Assembly: GCA_963751275.1 (NCBI GenBank)
Contig: CAVVTZ010000007.1
Location: 896,001 to 960,000, forward strand
Length of the DNA: 64,000 bases
Direction: 5' to 3'
From: an uncultured Gemmatimonadaceae bacterium
GTDB taxonomy: Bacteria > Gemmatimonadota > Gemmatimonadetes > Gemmatimonadales > Gemmatimonadaceae
The notes under the pieces are model-generated. The model ran no database searches, had not been told where the DNA came from, and worked only from the letters and a program-made list of their open reading frames with translations. Below, piece by piece: positions 19,407 to 29,730 of the stretch. Numbering within the stretch: position 1 is the first letter of the stretch; the number at the start of each line of letters is the position of its first letter. The position numbers and the translations under genes are program-made.

Positions 19407-20537
19407 GTGCATGATTCGCATCACGTCCGCCGACTGCACCGGCGCCACCGCCGCCGATTCGCGGAGATCGGCGTGAGCACCGGCGCCGTTGCGCTCGGCC
19501 CGGCCCCGACGGCTGTACCGTCGTTACCGAAGTGGCTCGCCGGCGTGTCCGGCGCCATCGCGCTCTGGGTCGTCGTGTATTGGCAATTGGAACCGCTCTC
19601 GCACTGGATCACCCTGCAGCTCGGCCTCGAACGCGGCACCCACCTCGAGGAGGCGGTGCGATTCTTCGCCTTTGATGCGCCGAAGGTGTTGATGCTGCTG
19701 ACCCTCGTCGTGTTCGCGATGGGGGTCGTGCGCACGTACTTTTCGCCCGAGCGGACCCGGGCGCTGTTGGCCGGGAAGGCCGAGGGCGTCGGCAACATCG
19801 CGGCGGCCGGACTCGGCATCTTCACCCCGTTCTGCTCCTGCTCCGCGGTGCCGCTCTTCGTGGGATTCGTTTCCGCCGGGATCCCGCTCGGAGTCACCTT
19901 CTCCTTCCTGATCGCGGCGCCGATGATCAACGAGGTGGCGCTCGGTCTCCTCTTCGCCCTGCTCGGCTGGCAGACCGCGCTCACCTACCTCTTCTTCGGC
20001 CTCGCGGTCGCCATCGTCGCCGGCTGGGTCATCGGCCGTCTGCACCTGGAAGGCTGGCTCGAGGAGTGGGTGCGTGGCGTTCGCGCCGTGGATGCCGCGG
20101 TGCCGACGGAACAGTTCACCTTCGTCGGCCGACTGAAGGCAGGCCTCTCCTCCATTCGCGAGATCGTCGAAAAGGTCTGGATGTGGATCATCGGCGGGAT
20201 CGCGGTCGGGGCCTTCATCCACGGCTATGTGCCCGCTGAACTCCTGGCGACGATCATGGGCAAGGGATCATGGTGGTCGGTGCCGGCGGCCGTGCTCGTC
20301 GGCATCCCAATGTATTCCAACGCCGCGGGCATCATCCCGATCGTCGAAGCGCTCCTCGGCAAGGGCGCAGCGCTGGGGACGGTGCTCGCCTTCATGATGT
20401 CGGTGATCGCGCTGTCGCTCCCCGAGATGATCATCCTGCGCAAGGTGCTGAGCGGCAAGCTGATCGCGGTCTTCATCGCGGTGGTCGCCGCCGGCATTCT
20501 GGCGGTGGGATTCCTGTTCAACTTCCTGTTCACTTAG
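19407..20537 (+). CDS. ArsP/DUF318 family permease
   Basis: TPFCSCSAVPLF, FSFLIAAPMINEV, GIPMYSNAAG, ALSLPEMIILRKV; true start may be near 19473. Confidence 0.9.
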   Translation: MHDSHHVRRLHRRHRRRFAEIGVSTGAVALGPAPTAVPSLPKWLAGVSGAIALWVVVYWQLEPLSHWITLQLGLERGTHLEEAVRFFAFDAPKVLMLLTLVVFAMGVVRTYFSPERTRALLAGKAEGVGNIAAAGLGIFTPFCSCSAVPLFVGFVSAGIPLGVTFSFLIAAPMINEVALGLLFALLGWQTALTYLFFGLAVAIVAGWVIGRLHLEGWLEEWVRGVRAVDAAVPTEQFTFVGRLKAGLSSIREIVEKVWMWIIGGIAVGAFIHGYVPAELLATIMGKGSWWSVPAAVLVGIPMYSNAAGIIPIVEALLGKGAALGTVLAFMMSVIALSLPEMIILRKVLSGKLIAVFIAVVAAGILAVGFLFNFLFT

Positions 20538-20553
20538 CGCGAGGCAACGGATC

Positions 20554-20793
20554 ATGAAGGACTTCAAGATCCTTGGACCCGGATGTTCCAATTGCAAGAC
20601 CACGACGGCCCTCATCGAGACCGTCGCCCGGGAGAAAGGTGTGGAGATCCGTCTCACCAAAGTGGTGGAGATGGAGGACATCATGTCCTATGGCATCATG
20701 TCCACTCCGGGCGTGGTGCTGGACGAGCGCGTCGTTCACGCGGGCGGTGTACCGAGCCGAGCCAAGATCGAGGGTTGGTTCGCCGGAGCGTGA
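20554..20793 (+). CDS. Small redox-active disulfide protein (MTH895/TM0996 thioredoxin family)
   Basis: ILGPGCSNC...YGIMSTPGVVLDE.VV.AG.VPS. Confidence 0.92.
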   Translation: MKDFKILGPGCSNCKTTTALIETVAREKGVEIRLTKVVEMEDIMSYGIMSTPGVVLDERVVHAGGVPSRAKIEGWFAGA

Positions 20794-21128
20794 GGTCCGA
20801 GGTCGCCCCCCGACCCCGGAACCCATCACCGATCGTCCCGGAACGGGGGCACCCTCAAGTGCGGAATCGCATGCTCACACCTCCGCATCGATATCCGATA
20901 GGCTCTTGCAGGGTACTACGAAATCGAAGGCGAAAGAAACTGTACGGCGGCGATCAAGTACTCGCACGCCCATTCAAGTGCAGGTGATGCCGCGCCTCGA
21001 CCACACGGTCCCGGCGGGGCGCTCGTTCGAAGCGCCTTCGCCCTTGGCCACGGCACTCCGCATCGGCTAGCTTCCAAGCCGCTGTTCACCTGCCGAATCA
21101 TCACTCGCGAACGTCGGAGCAAGAATCC

Positions 21129-22607
21129 ATGAGCGTCACCCTGCGCCGGATCTCCTCGTTGGTCATCATGAGTGCCGCCTCGATGACTCTCATCGCGGGC
21201 TGCAGCAAGAAGGACGACGCGATCTCCCAGGCCGCGAAGAACGACGCAGCCAAGGGCGTGTCCGCGCCGGGCATCGAGCAGACCAAGGCGATCGCCGAGG
21301 AAGGGTTCGTCTACGGACTGCCGCTCGTCATGAACTACGCGGTGATGTACGAGTTCGCGGTGGACAGCACCTCGAGCCAGTTCAAGGCGCCCTTCAACCA
21401 GATCAACAACCAGCACCGCGTGGCGACCTACCTCGACTCGGCGGTCATCACGCCGAACAGCGACACGCCGTATTCCATGTTGTGGCTGGATCTGCGCGCG
21501 GAGCCGATGGTGATCACGGTGCCGGCGGTGCCGAAGCCGCGCTACTACTCGGTGCAGTTGATCGACGGGAACACCTACAATGACGGCTACATCGGCAGCC
21601 GCACCACCGGCACCGAGGCCGGGAGTTATCTCGTCGCCGGTCCCGGCTGGACGGGCAAGACTCCCGCCGGCATCAAGAAGGTGTTCACGTCGACGACTCC
21701 CTTCATGCTCACGCTCTTCCGCACGCAGCTGTTCGACCCGGCCGACATGCCGAACGTCGAGAAGGTGCAGGCCGGCTATAGCGCGCAGCCGCTGTCGGCG
21801 TTCCTCAAGCAGCCCGCGCCGCCCGCGGCGCCCAAGATCGATTTCCTCCCGGCCACCACGGCCGGGATCAAAGCGAATTTCTACGAGTACCTCTCGTTCG
21901 CGCTGCAGTTCGTTCCGCCCACCGCGCAGGACAGCGGGATCCGCGCGCGGCTCGCGAGCATCGGCGTCGGGCCGGGCAAGACGTTCGAGTTCAAGGACCT
22001 GTCGGTCGAGCACAAAGCCGCGGTGCTGCTCGGCATGAAGGCGGGCGACGACCAGGTGGACAAGTTCCTCGCCAGCGGGAACAAGAACATCAACGGCTGG
22101 AACGTCGGCGCGTTCTTCGGAGACAGCGCGTTCTTCAAGGGCCGCTGGCTCATGCGGGCCGCGGCGGCCAAGGGCGGACTCTACGGGAATGACGCCGAGG
22201 AGGCGATGTATCCGTACACGCGCACGGATGGGAAGGGTGAAACGTTGGACGGCAGCAAGCACAACTACACGATCACGTTCGCGAAAGGGCAGCTCCCGCC
22301 GGTGAACGCGTTCTGGTCGGTGACGATGTACGATGGCAAGAGCCAGCTGCTGATCAAGAACCCGCTCGACCGGTATCTGATCAACTCGCCGATGCTGTCC
22401 GCCATGAAGAAGGGCGCCGACGGCTCGGTCACGCTCTACATCCAGAAGGATTCGCCGGGCAAGTCACTCGAGTCCAACTGGCTGCCCGCGCCGAACGACG
22501 TGATCTACATGGTCCTTCGCCTCTACTGGCCGAAGACCACGGCGCCGTCCATCCTGCCGCCCGGCGACGGAACGTGGAAGCCGCCGGCCATCACAGTGTC
22601 GAAATAG
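21129..22607 (+). CDS. DUF1254/DUF1214 lipoprotein
   Basis: Lipobox IAGC; TPNSDTPYS..WLDL..EP, LDGS..Y..F..GQLPPVNAFWSVTMY, NWLPAP, LRLYWP. Confidence 0.92.
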   Translation: MSVTLRRISSLVIMSAASMTLIAGCSKKDDAISQAAKNDAAKGVSAPGIEQTKAIAEEGFVYGLPLVMNYAVMYEFAVDSTSSQFKAPFNQINNQHRVATYLDSAVITPNSDTPYSMLWLDLRAEPMVITVPAVPKPRYYSVQLIDGNTYNDGYIGSRTTGTEAGSYLVAGPGWTGKTPAGIKKVFTSTTPFMLTLFRTQLFDPADMPNVEKVQAGYSAQPLSAFLKQPAPPAAPKIDFLPATTAGIKANFYEYLSFALQFVPPTAQDSGIRARLASIGVGPGKTFEFKDLSVEHKAAVLLGMKAGDDQVDKFLASGNKNINGWNVGAFFGDSAFFKGRWLMRAAAAKGGLYGNDAEEAMYPYTRTDGKGETLDGSKHNYTITFAKGQLPPVNAFWSVTMYDGKSQLLIKNPLDRYLINSPMLSAMKKGADGSVTLYIQKDSPGKSLESNWLPAPNDVIYMVLRLYWPKTTAPSILPPGDGTWKPPAITVSK

Positions 22608-22692
22608 CGAGGCCCGATCATGCGCAAACTCATTGCACTCGCCGCGCTGGGTGTTTCGCTCGCCCGCGCGTCTCGCCGCGGATGTGATGCGC

Positions 22693-25386
22693 TCACGGCT
22701 TGGCCTTCGCCTTCAGCGCCTGGGTCCAGTTCTCGGTGACGATCAGCTCCACTCCCTCCGCCGCGCCGCCCGTCTCGCGCAGCATCAGGAAGCGGCGGTC
22801 ATCCGGCGCCACTGAGTACATCGTCCGGGAACCCGATGCCACGTAGGGCGCCGCATTGAATAGCGCGCGTTGCTGAGCGGCGCTGAACACCGGGCTCGTC
22901 ACGACCGCTGCGGCGACGAACATTCCCTTCCCATTCCTGAAATACAGCTCTCCACCGCTGTGCGACCAGGCGGGCTCGCTCCCGCCGGCAACCGAGACCT
23001 GCCAGCGCGCCTTCGCGGCGTCGGGGAAGGGGCGCACATACACCTCTTTCGCGCCGGTCTCGTTCGAGACGTAGGCGAGCCACCTGCCGTCGGGGGAGAC
23101 CGCCGGCGAGGTCTCCCGCGCCGGACTCGCGACGAGCGGCGCGAGCGCGCTATCCCCCTCCTTCACGCCGAAGATATCTCCATTCCCCGGTTCAAGGGTC
23201 TGCCGCCGCGCGACGTACCATTTCCCGGCCGGTGATTCCTCAATCTCGGAAAAGGTCCAGGACGACGGGAAGAGCGGTCGCGCCGCACTCGCGCCATCGG
23301 CGCTCTTCGACATGGGGACGCCGCCCAAGTTGCCGCGATCCGACACGTACAGCACCGCGCGGCCATCCGCGGACCAACTCGGATGCAGGCTCGAAGTGTC
23401 GCCGAGCGTGAGACGGGAGAACGGTCCGCCAGGGATCCGCTTCACCCAAATGTCGGTGTGCGGTGGCTGCTCGAGCTCCACGGCGATCGCCTTGCCGTCG
23501 GGAGACAGCGCCGCGCCGATGACGTTTCCCTCCGCGCGCCACGTGGAGTCCACCGGTGTGCTCTTGCCCTCGCGGCTCACCCAGTCGATCTCCCGCCCGA
23601 CGGGCTTGGCCAGCCGCTGGAAGACGAGGGTGCCCGAATTGGAGAGCGCGATGCCCGACGAATAGATGGCCGTCTCCAGTCCGTCGTAGAGCACGACCGG
23701 CGCACCGGTGAGCGCGAGCGAGCGTTCGCTGAAGGGGACGGCGAGGAGCTTCCCGTCCGCGGTGACGACGAGGAGGTGGCCGCTCGGGGAGTAGCGCGCG
23801 TAAATGCCGCGGATCAGTTGACGCGGCTCACCAGCGGGGCGGGGGATCACCACGATCTGCTCATCGCCCGGTCCGCCCCCCTGGTAGCGGATGCGGACGA
23901 TCACGCCGCGGCCCCCCGGCAACAGACTCGCGAATTCCACGCCGACCTCACGGCGCGCACTCGAGATCATGTAGAAGCGGTCGATCTTCCCGCCGCCGCT
24001 GGGGATGCGCGCGAGGCCCGAGTCGGTCTCGAAGTAGATGAAGCCGTCGGTACCCCAGGAGGCGGCCGTGGTCGCGGCACTGTCGGTGAGGATGCGCGGC
24101 GCGGTCCCGTCCAGCGGCACCACTCGGATGCTCCGCCCCTCCTTCACGTACGCGAGCTGCTTTCCGTCGGGCGAGAAGAAGGGCTCCGCCATCCCCTCGG
24201 TGCCGGGGATCGGTTCGGGGCGTGCCCTGTCCCGCTCCTTCACGAAGAGACGGATCGTGCCCTCTCCCTTGCCCACATAGACGATGCGCCCGCCATGCGG
24301 GGAGATCGCGAGGAGCGACAGGAGCAGGTTCGGTCCTCCGGGCTGGAACGCCGCCTCAGCGGGGAGGGCGAGACTGTACTGCGTGAGCGGCGGCGGCGCA
24401 CCGCCGCGCAGCCATCCCCACGCCGCCGCCACGGCGAAGATGATCGTCGCCGCGCCGAGGATCGCGGCGAGCCGGCCGCCGCGCAGGCGTGCGGCCGGCG
24501 TGAAGGAGGGGATCGCCATCGTCGCACCCGCGGGATCGACCGCCGGTGCGCCGATGGCGCGAATGAACGTGTCGGCGCTGTTGAAGCGATCCGCGGGCAG
24601 CTTGGCGAGCGCGCGATGCACCGCCGCGGCGATCTGCGGGGGCACCGTGGGCCGCCGCGATGAGAGCGGCTCGGGCGCTCGCGTCACCACGGCGGCGATC
24701 ACGGCTTGCATCGTCGCGCCGGTGTGCGGCGGCGAGCCGGCGATCATTTCATAGACGAGCGTGCCCAGCGAGTAGACATCCGAGCGCGCGTCGAGTTTCC
24801 GCTCGCCCGTCGCCTGTTCCGGGCTCATGTAGTCCGGCGTGCCGACGGACATGCCCGTCCCGGTCATCCGGCCCCGGTCGGCTGAACTCACCGCCAGCGC
24901 GATCCCGAAGTCCGCCACCAGCGCCTGGCCGTCGTGCAGCAGGATGTTCTCAGGCTTGATGTCGCGGTGGATCACGCCGTGCCGGTGCGCGTAATCGAGG
25001 GCGGAACCGACCTCCGTCGCGATGCGCACGACGTCTTCGATCGGGAGCTGCGTCTCGCGCTGGAGGCGCGTGCGCAGGCTCTCCCCTTCGACGAGCGGCA
25101 TCACATAGTAGAGGAACGAATCCACCTGCCCTGAATCGAAGAGCGGGAGAATGTGCGGGTGCTGCAGCGCGGCGGTGGTCTTGATCTCGGCGAGGAATCG
25201 TTCGGCGCCGATCACGGCCGCGAGCTCAGGCCGCAACACCTTGAGCGCGACCTTCCGGTCGTGGCGAAGGTCATGGGCCACGTACACGGTCGCCATCCCT
25301 CCCTCGCCGAGCACGCCCTCGATGCGGTAGCGGTCGGCGATCGCCGCGGCGAGGCGCGCGGGCGGCGTTTCAGGCGAGTCGGTCAC
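22693..25386 (-). CDS. Ser/Thr protein kinase with TM segment and PD40/TolB-like beta-propeller
   Basis: LGEGGMATVY, VALK, HRDIKPEN, DFGIA, GTPDYMSPE; SPDG repeats. Confidence 0.95.
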   Translation of the reverse strand: MTDSPETPPARLAAAIADRYRIEGVLGEGGMATVYVAHDLRHDRKVALKVLRPELAAVIGAERFLAEIKTTAALQHPHILPLFDSGQVDSFLYYVMPLVEGESLRTRLQRETQLPIEDVVRIATEVGSALDYAHRHGVIHRDIKPENILLHDGQALVADFGIALAVSSADRGRMTGTGMSVGTPDYMSPEQATGERKLDARSDVYSLGTLVYEMIAGSPPHTGATMQAVIAAVVTRAPEPLSSRRPTVPPQIAAAVHRALAKLPADRFNSADTFIRAIGAPAVDPAGATMAIPSFTPAARLRGGRLAAILGAATIIFAVAAAWGWLRGGAPPPLTQYSLALPAEAAFQPGGPNLLLSLLAISPHGGRIVYVGKGEGTIRLFVKERDRARPEPIPGTEGMAEPFFSPDGKQLAYVKEGRSIRVVPLDGTAPRILTDSAATTAASWGTDGFIYFETDSGLARIPSGGGKIDRFYMISSARREVGVEFASLLPGGRGVIVRIRYQGGGPGDEQIVVIPRPAGEPRQLIRGIYARYSPSGHLLVVTADGKLLAVPFSERSLALTGAPVVLYDGLETAIYSSGIALSNSGTLVFQRLAKPVGREIDWVSREGKSTPVDSTWRAEGNVIGAALSPDGKAIAVELEQPPHTDIWVKRIPGGPFSRLTLGDTSSLHPSWSADGRAVLYVSDRGNLGGVPMSKSADGASAARPLFPSSWTFSEIEESPAGKWYVARRQTLEPGNGDIFGVKEGDSALAPLVASPARETSPAVSPDGRWLAYVSNETGAKEVYVRPFPDAAKARWQVSVAGGSEPAWSHSGGELYFRNGKGMFVAAAVVTSPVFSAAQQRALFNAAPYVASGSRTMYSVAPDDRRFLMLRETGGAAEGVELIVTENWTQALKAKAKP

Positions 25387-25433
25387 GCGGGCAAGTTGCA
25401 GGTGATGTACGGGAGTAGCAAGCGCCCTGACGC

Positions 25434-25509
25434 CCGAGGTGGAGCTCCGCGCTGGTACGGTTCAACTCAAAGGCCACGCCCCGCCCGAGCTTCGCGCTCG
25501 GGCGGGGCG
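25434..25509 (+). repeat. Degenerate att-like copy (T arm with 21-nt insertion plus hairpin)
   Basis: CCGAGGT-GGAGCTCCGCGCTGGTACGGT-TCAACTC followed by the CGCCCCGC...GCGGGGCG hairpin. Confidence 0.7.
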
Positions 25510-25535
25510 TTGCGTTCGTGTGGCTCCGGCGCCGC

Positions 25536-26975
25536 TCAGTGCTTCTCCGGCTCGATCACGGTCGGCAGCGGATACGCGCTCTGCAGTGCCTTGAGGTAAT
25601 CCGCGTACAGTGCCTGCAGCCCGGTGAATTCCTTCGTCACCGTCGCGCGATACTTAGCGTCGGTCGCGAACGCATAGAGAATGCCCGTCATCGCCTGCGC
25701 GTCGATCACGAACGCGTTGTGGCCGATGTCGTTCAGCGCATCGGTCTCCATCTCGAAGGTGTGATAGCCGCCGCTCGAACTGTAGGCGGTGACGCCGACG
25801 CCGGGGATCTGCGTGGCCACGGTGCCCGTCTCCTCATAGGGAATGGGCGCGCCGGGCTCGGCGTTCACGTGCGTCGCGCCGAGCTGTTTCAGGTAGGTGA
25901 ACGCGAGATCGTTCAACGCGGCCACCGAGATGCCGTCGCGCGCGGCCGAGTCTACCTGGATGTGCACCTTCGTTCCCGTCGCGAGCGCGGCGCCGCGCGC
26001 GGCGTCCTCCACCTGGTCGCGGATCTGCTTGAGGTAGACCTCATCCGGGTAGCGGATCCAGATCTCCGCGGCGGTGCGGTCGGGGACGACGTTGGGCGCT
26101 TTCCCTCCCTCGGTGATGATCCCCTGAATGCGGGCCTCGGGGCGGATCGTCTTCCGGATCGCGTCGATGTGATTGAACAGCTCGATGACCGCGGTCAGCG
26201 CGTCGCGGCCGTTCCACGCCGTGAGTTGGTGTGCCGGCGCGCCGTAGAAGGTGAAGTGCAGCACATCGATGTTGAGACAGCAGCTCCCGAATCCTCCCTC
26301 GGAACGCTGCGTTGCGGTGGAGGAATGCGAGCGCACGATGACGTCGGCATCCTTGAACACTCCCGCGAGGTACATCGTGGTCTTCGCTTCCGGCGCGCCC
26401 ACCTCCTCGGCGGGCGTGCCGTACACGATCACCGTGCCCGGCGTCTTCGACTGCGTGAGGAACTCCGCCATCGCTACGGCCACGGCCATCCCCACCGGGC
26501 CCTGCGCGCTGTGCTGGTCGCCGTGGAAGTCGCGCGACGTTCCGCGCAGTGCGTCGTACTCGAGGATCACGCCGAGCTTCGGGCCCGCGGTCCCTTTCGT
26601 GTAGCGCGCGACGAACGCGGTGGGCATTCCGGCCACGCCTTGCTCGACGGCGAATCCGTGAGCAGTCAAGTAATCGGTGAGGATCTTCACGGAGCGTGTC
26701 TCGTGCCAGCCCACTTCGGGATGCTTCGTGATGTCGTCGGCCATCGCGAGGAGTTCCTTGTCCATCAGCTCTTTCGCGCGCGCCATCACGGCGTCGCGGC
26801 GCTTATCGGGCGCGCTCAGGCGCGAGACCATGGCGGGCAGTTGCAGCGAGGTCTCGAGCTCGCTCATGCGCTTGATCACATCAGCCGCGGCGTTACGCTC
26901 GGTGGGCGTTTCCTGGCCGGCGGCGGTCGCGGCGAGGAGCAAGGTGCAGGCGAGCAACAGGAGTGAACGGCGCAC
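25536..26975 (-). CDS. Peptidase M20 family amidohydrolase with signal peptide
   Basis: HPEVGWHE, EYDAL, GTPAEE, FYGAPAH, GIITEGGKAPNVVPD. Confidence 0.9.
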   Translation of the reverse strand: MRRSLLLLACTLLLAATAAGQETPTERNAAADVIKRMSELETSLQLPAMVSRLSAPDKRRDAVMARAKELMDKELLAMADDITKHPEVGWHETRSVKILTDYLTAHGFAVEQGVAGMPTAFVARYTKGTAGPKLGVILEYDALRGTSRDFHGDQHSAQGPVGMAVAVAMAEFLTQSKTPGTVIVYGTPAEEVGAPEAKTTMYLAGVFKDADVIVRSHSSTATQRSEGGFGSCCLNIDVLHFTFYGAPAHQLTAWNGRDALTAVIELFNHIDAIRKTIRPEARIQGIITEGGKAPNVVPDRTAAEIWIRYPDEVYLKQIRDQVEDAARGAALATGTKVHIQVDSAARDGISVAALNDLAFTYLKQLGATHVNAEPGAPIPYEETGTVATQIPGVGVTAYSSSGGYHTFEMETDALNDIGHNAFVIDAQAMTGILYAFATDAKYRATVTKEFTGLQALYADYLKALQSAYPLPTVIEPEKH

Positions 26976-27064
26976 GAGGTGGTCTCCCGGTGAGTGGGTT
27001 GGGACGAAAGTATACGGGCGCGAGGCGCCCGCCACCATTTCGCCGCAGGCTGCGTCTCGCGCGC

Positions 27065-27772
27065 CTAGTAATTCCAGAACGCGCTGAGCGCCAGGATGTC
27101 GTCGCTCTTGTCGGGCGCGTTCGTGCCGAACACGTACTGATGCAGGTAGCCGAACTCGATCGTCACCGTCGGGCTGACGGCCACGCCGGGGCCGATGAAG
27201 AATCGGTTACGGTCGGAGCCGGCGGTGGCGCCGTAGTTGGTGCTGTTCAGGTTGTAGAAATATTCGTCGTACAGCACGCCTGACCATCGCGACCCGAGCG
27301 GCACGGACAGCTTGACGAATTCGCGCAGCCGCCAGCCGGTCTCGCTGCCGGTGCTCACGAACCGTTCTTCCAATCGCGTGCGCGACGAGAGCCGGCTGCT
27401 GCCGACTCGGCTGCTCCAGGTCGCCTGTTCCCAGATGCGACTCTCATACGTGCTGGTGGAGGCATACGGCGGCTCGGTGTTGATATAGGCGTAGCCGAGC
27501 CACACGGTCCACGCCCCGCTCAGCGAGTAGCCGACGCCGGGACGGATGATCCCCTGCGCGAACGTGCTCGCGTCATCGCCGAAGCGGAGCTGCATGTCGA
27601 GCCAGAGACGCCATGAGCCGCTCGTGTCGTTGAGCGCCGGCGGGAGTTTCCCGTTGACGAAGCCGCCGAGCCAGATGCCGAAGTCCTCGGTCTGCGCGTG
27701 GGCGCGCATGGCGGGCGCGAACAGGAGCACGGCGCAGGCGACGCGGACGAAGCGGCTCCTGGAGCGAGACAT
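27065..27772 (-). CDS. DUF2490 family outer-membrane protein
   Basis: Signal peptide; RPGVGY, ESRIWEQ, RTRLEERF, DRNRFFIG. Confidence 0.85.
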   Translation of the reverse strand: MSRSRSRFVRVACAVLLFAPAMRAHAQTEDFGIWLGGFVNGKLPPALNDTSGSWRLWLDMQLRFGDDASTFAQGIIRPGVGYSLSGAWTVWLGYAYINTEPPYASTSTYESRIWEQATWSSRVGSSRLSSRTRLEERFVSTGSETGWRLREFVKLSVPLGSRWSGVLYDEYFYNLNSTNYGATAGSDRNRFFIGPGVAVSPTVTIEFGYLHQYVFGTNAPDKSDDILALSAFWNY

Positions 27773-27775
27773 GCC

Positions 27776-28180
27776 CTAGCGCTTCCTCGCCGTCTTGCCG
27801 TTGTGCGTCACCGCCGCCTTCACGAGCGCCTTGAATGCGCGCGCATCGACCGTTTCTCCTTCGTGGATGTCGATCGCCCTGCGCGTCGCGCCTTCCAAGC
27901 TGGAATTGAAGAGCTTCTTCGGATCCGGAAGGCTCGCCCCACGCGCGAACGTGAGCTTCAAGGCTTTCTTGTACGCTTCGCCCGTGGTGACGATCCCGTG
28001 ATGCGACCAAACGGGATTGGCCCACTTCCACTCCTCGGTCATTTCGGGATCGGCTTCCAGGATCAGCGCTCGCATGCGGGCCAGCGTCTCGCCGCGCCAC
28101 CCTTCGAGCTCACGGATCCGCTGGTCGATGAGCCGGCCGGCTGCTTCTTTGTCTGGAAAAGGATTCGTCTTCATTGGCAT
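27776..28180 (-). CDS. DUF1801 domain protein
   Basis: WRGETLARMRALI.EADP..EEWKW..PVW, LTFARGASLPDP. Confidence 0.9.
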   Translation of the reverse strand: MPMKTNPFPDKEAAGRLIDQRIRELEGWRGETLARMRALILEADPEMTEEWKWANPVWSHHGIVTTGEAYKKALKLTFARGASLPDPKKLFNSSLEGATRRAIDIHEGETVDARAFKALVKAAVTHNGKTARKR

Positions 28181-28204
28181 TATTGAAGTAGGAAGCGTTC
28201 GGAA

Positions 28205-28582
28205 CTATCGCTGCTGCCCCGACCGCAGGCTCCACAGTCCGCGCACCGAGAGCATGAAGGAGAAGAGCCCGGTCACGCCCTGCGCGAGGATCAGCCAGAC
28301 CCAGAAGGCTCCGTGGGTCTTGGCGAGTTCGCTGCCCGGCCCCGTCATGTGGATGGTGGCGGTGCCCGCCCCAAGGATCGAACCGACGAGCATGATGATC
28401 AACCCCGATCGCCGTTCGGGGAGCACCAGCGTTCCGTACAGCCACACAGCCAGGACCGGCACCGTGACGAAGAAGTATGACGCCATCCCGCCCTGGTCGC
28501 GGAGGATGTCCTCCATCATGTGAAAGGTCATGAGGAGGATCGAGAGCAGCGACGCGATGGTCAACGCCGTGTTTGGTTTCAT
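28205..28582 (-). CDS. Small 4-TM membrane protein
   Basis: Hydrophobic 125 aa ORF in an operon context. Confidence 0.75.
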   Translation of the reverse strand: MKPNTALTIASLLSILLMTFHMMEDILRDQGGMASYFFVTVPVLAVWLYGTLVLPERRSGLIIMLVGSILGAGTATIHMTGPGSELAKTHGAFWVWLILAQGVTGLFSFMLSVRGLWSLRSGQQR

Positions 28583-28595
28583 TCAATACTCCGCG

Positions 28596-29730
28596 TCAGT
28601 ACGCGTAGCCCAGCTTCAGGTAGATGCCGTAGTTGCCCGCGTTGCCGTGCGCGTACTCGAGGTTCGCGATCATCCGCTGCACGGGCTTGATCACGTAGTG
28701 GATGCCGACGCCGAACGCCGGGTAGATCGTGTTCTCGTCCGTCGCGCCGGTCACGCCGCCGCCGTACAAGTACGCCGCGCCCAACGAACGCCGTCGCGCC
28801 CCAACGCTCCGAGATCTTGAATCGCTCCTCCGCCTCGAGCGACGACATGTACTGCCCGAGGTACTGTCCCTGCTTGTAGCCGCGCAGCAGCACGGACGCC
28901 TCGGCCGAACCCGGCGCGTCGAAGGTCCACCAGTTGTACTGTCGCACGGCGAGCACGTGTCCGCTCCCGTGCTCCCAGTATCCGCGCCCGTCCAGCCGCA
29001 CGACGCTGTACGTGCTGTCGCCCGGGAACCAGTCGCCGTACCACACGTTGTTGGCGTTCAGGTACCAGCCGCGCGTGGGCATGTCCTGATTGTCGCGCGA
29101 GTCCTGCATCGCCACGAGCCCAACGCCGGCCGATTTGAACGGGCGAATGCCGAGGCTCTCGAGGACCTCCTGATCCTGGGCGTCGTCGCCGAGCACTTGG
29201 TAGTTCGCGAATGATGTTTGCGCGCCAACGAACCAGTCGCCGGTGAGCCGGTACTCATAGCGCACGAAGATGGCGCGCAGGTTGTCCTGCGTCTGGAGCG
29301 GCTGGCCGGTGCCGAGGTAGTCCTCGTAGTTGTTGTTGATCTGTCCGTACGCGCCGAGCGCGGTGATGCGGTGGTGATCCTCGCCGAATGAGAGGCGCGC
29401 GAAGAGGCCGGCGATCTGCGAATGCGTGGTGGTGTACGTGTACATCGCGCCGATCATCGACGTGCGCGATTTCTCGTCGAACTTCTTCACCCAGGCGCCG
29501 AGCGCGCCGACCGCCGTGCCCAGCTTCGGGTTCGACGAGAGGGTGGGGAGGATGAGCCAGGGGGAGCCCACGGCCTTCACGAGGGAGTCCACGGGCGTCA
29601 CTTGGGCGTGCGAACCGGTCGCGAACGCGGCGAGCATCACGGCGCCGCACCAGATCTGCGCGATGCAGCGCCGGCTCGTTGCAGGTCCGCATTCGAATCC
29701 GACTCCACGCCGCACCGCGCCTAGTACCAC
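28596..29730 (-). CDS. Surface antigen (BamA/TamA-like) beta-barrel, frameshift near 28785
   Basis: LSSNPKLGT, DSRDNQDMPTRGW, LRGYKQGQY; C-terminus YLKLGYAY in another frame; start uncertain. Confidence 0.8.

Larger units (their letters stand above)
4511..25509 (+). mobile_element. tRNA-Ile-anchored tandem array of integrated cargo modules; no integrase in window
   Basis: Direct repeats of the tRNA 3' half at 11554, 13758, 15132, 19178, with degenerate copies at 20787 and 25434; conserved upstream arms and downstream hairpins. Confidence 0.75.
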
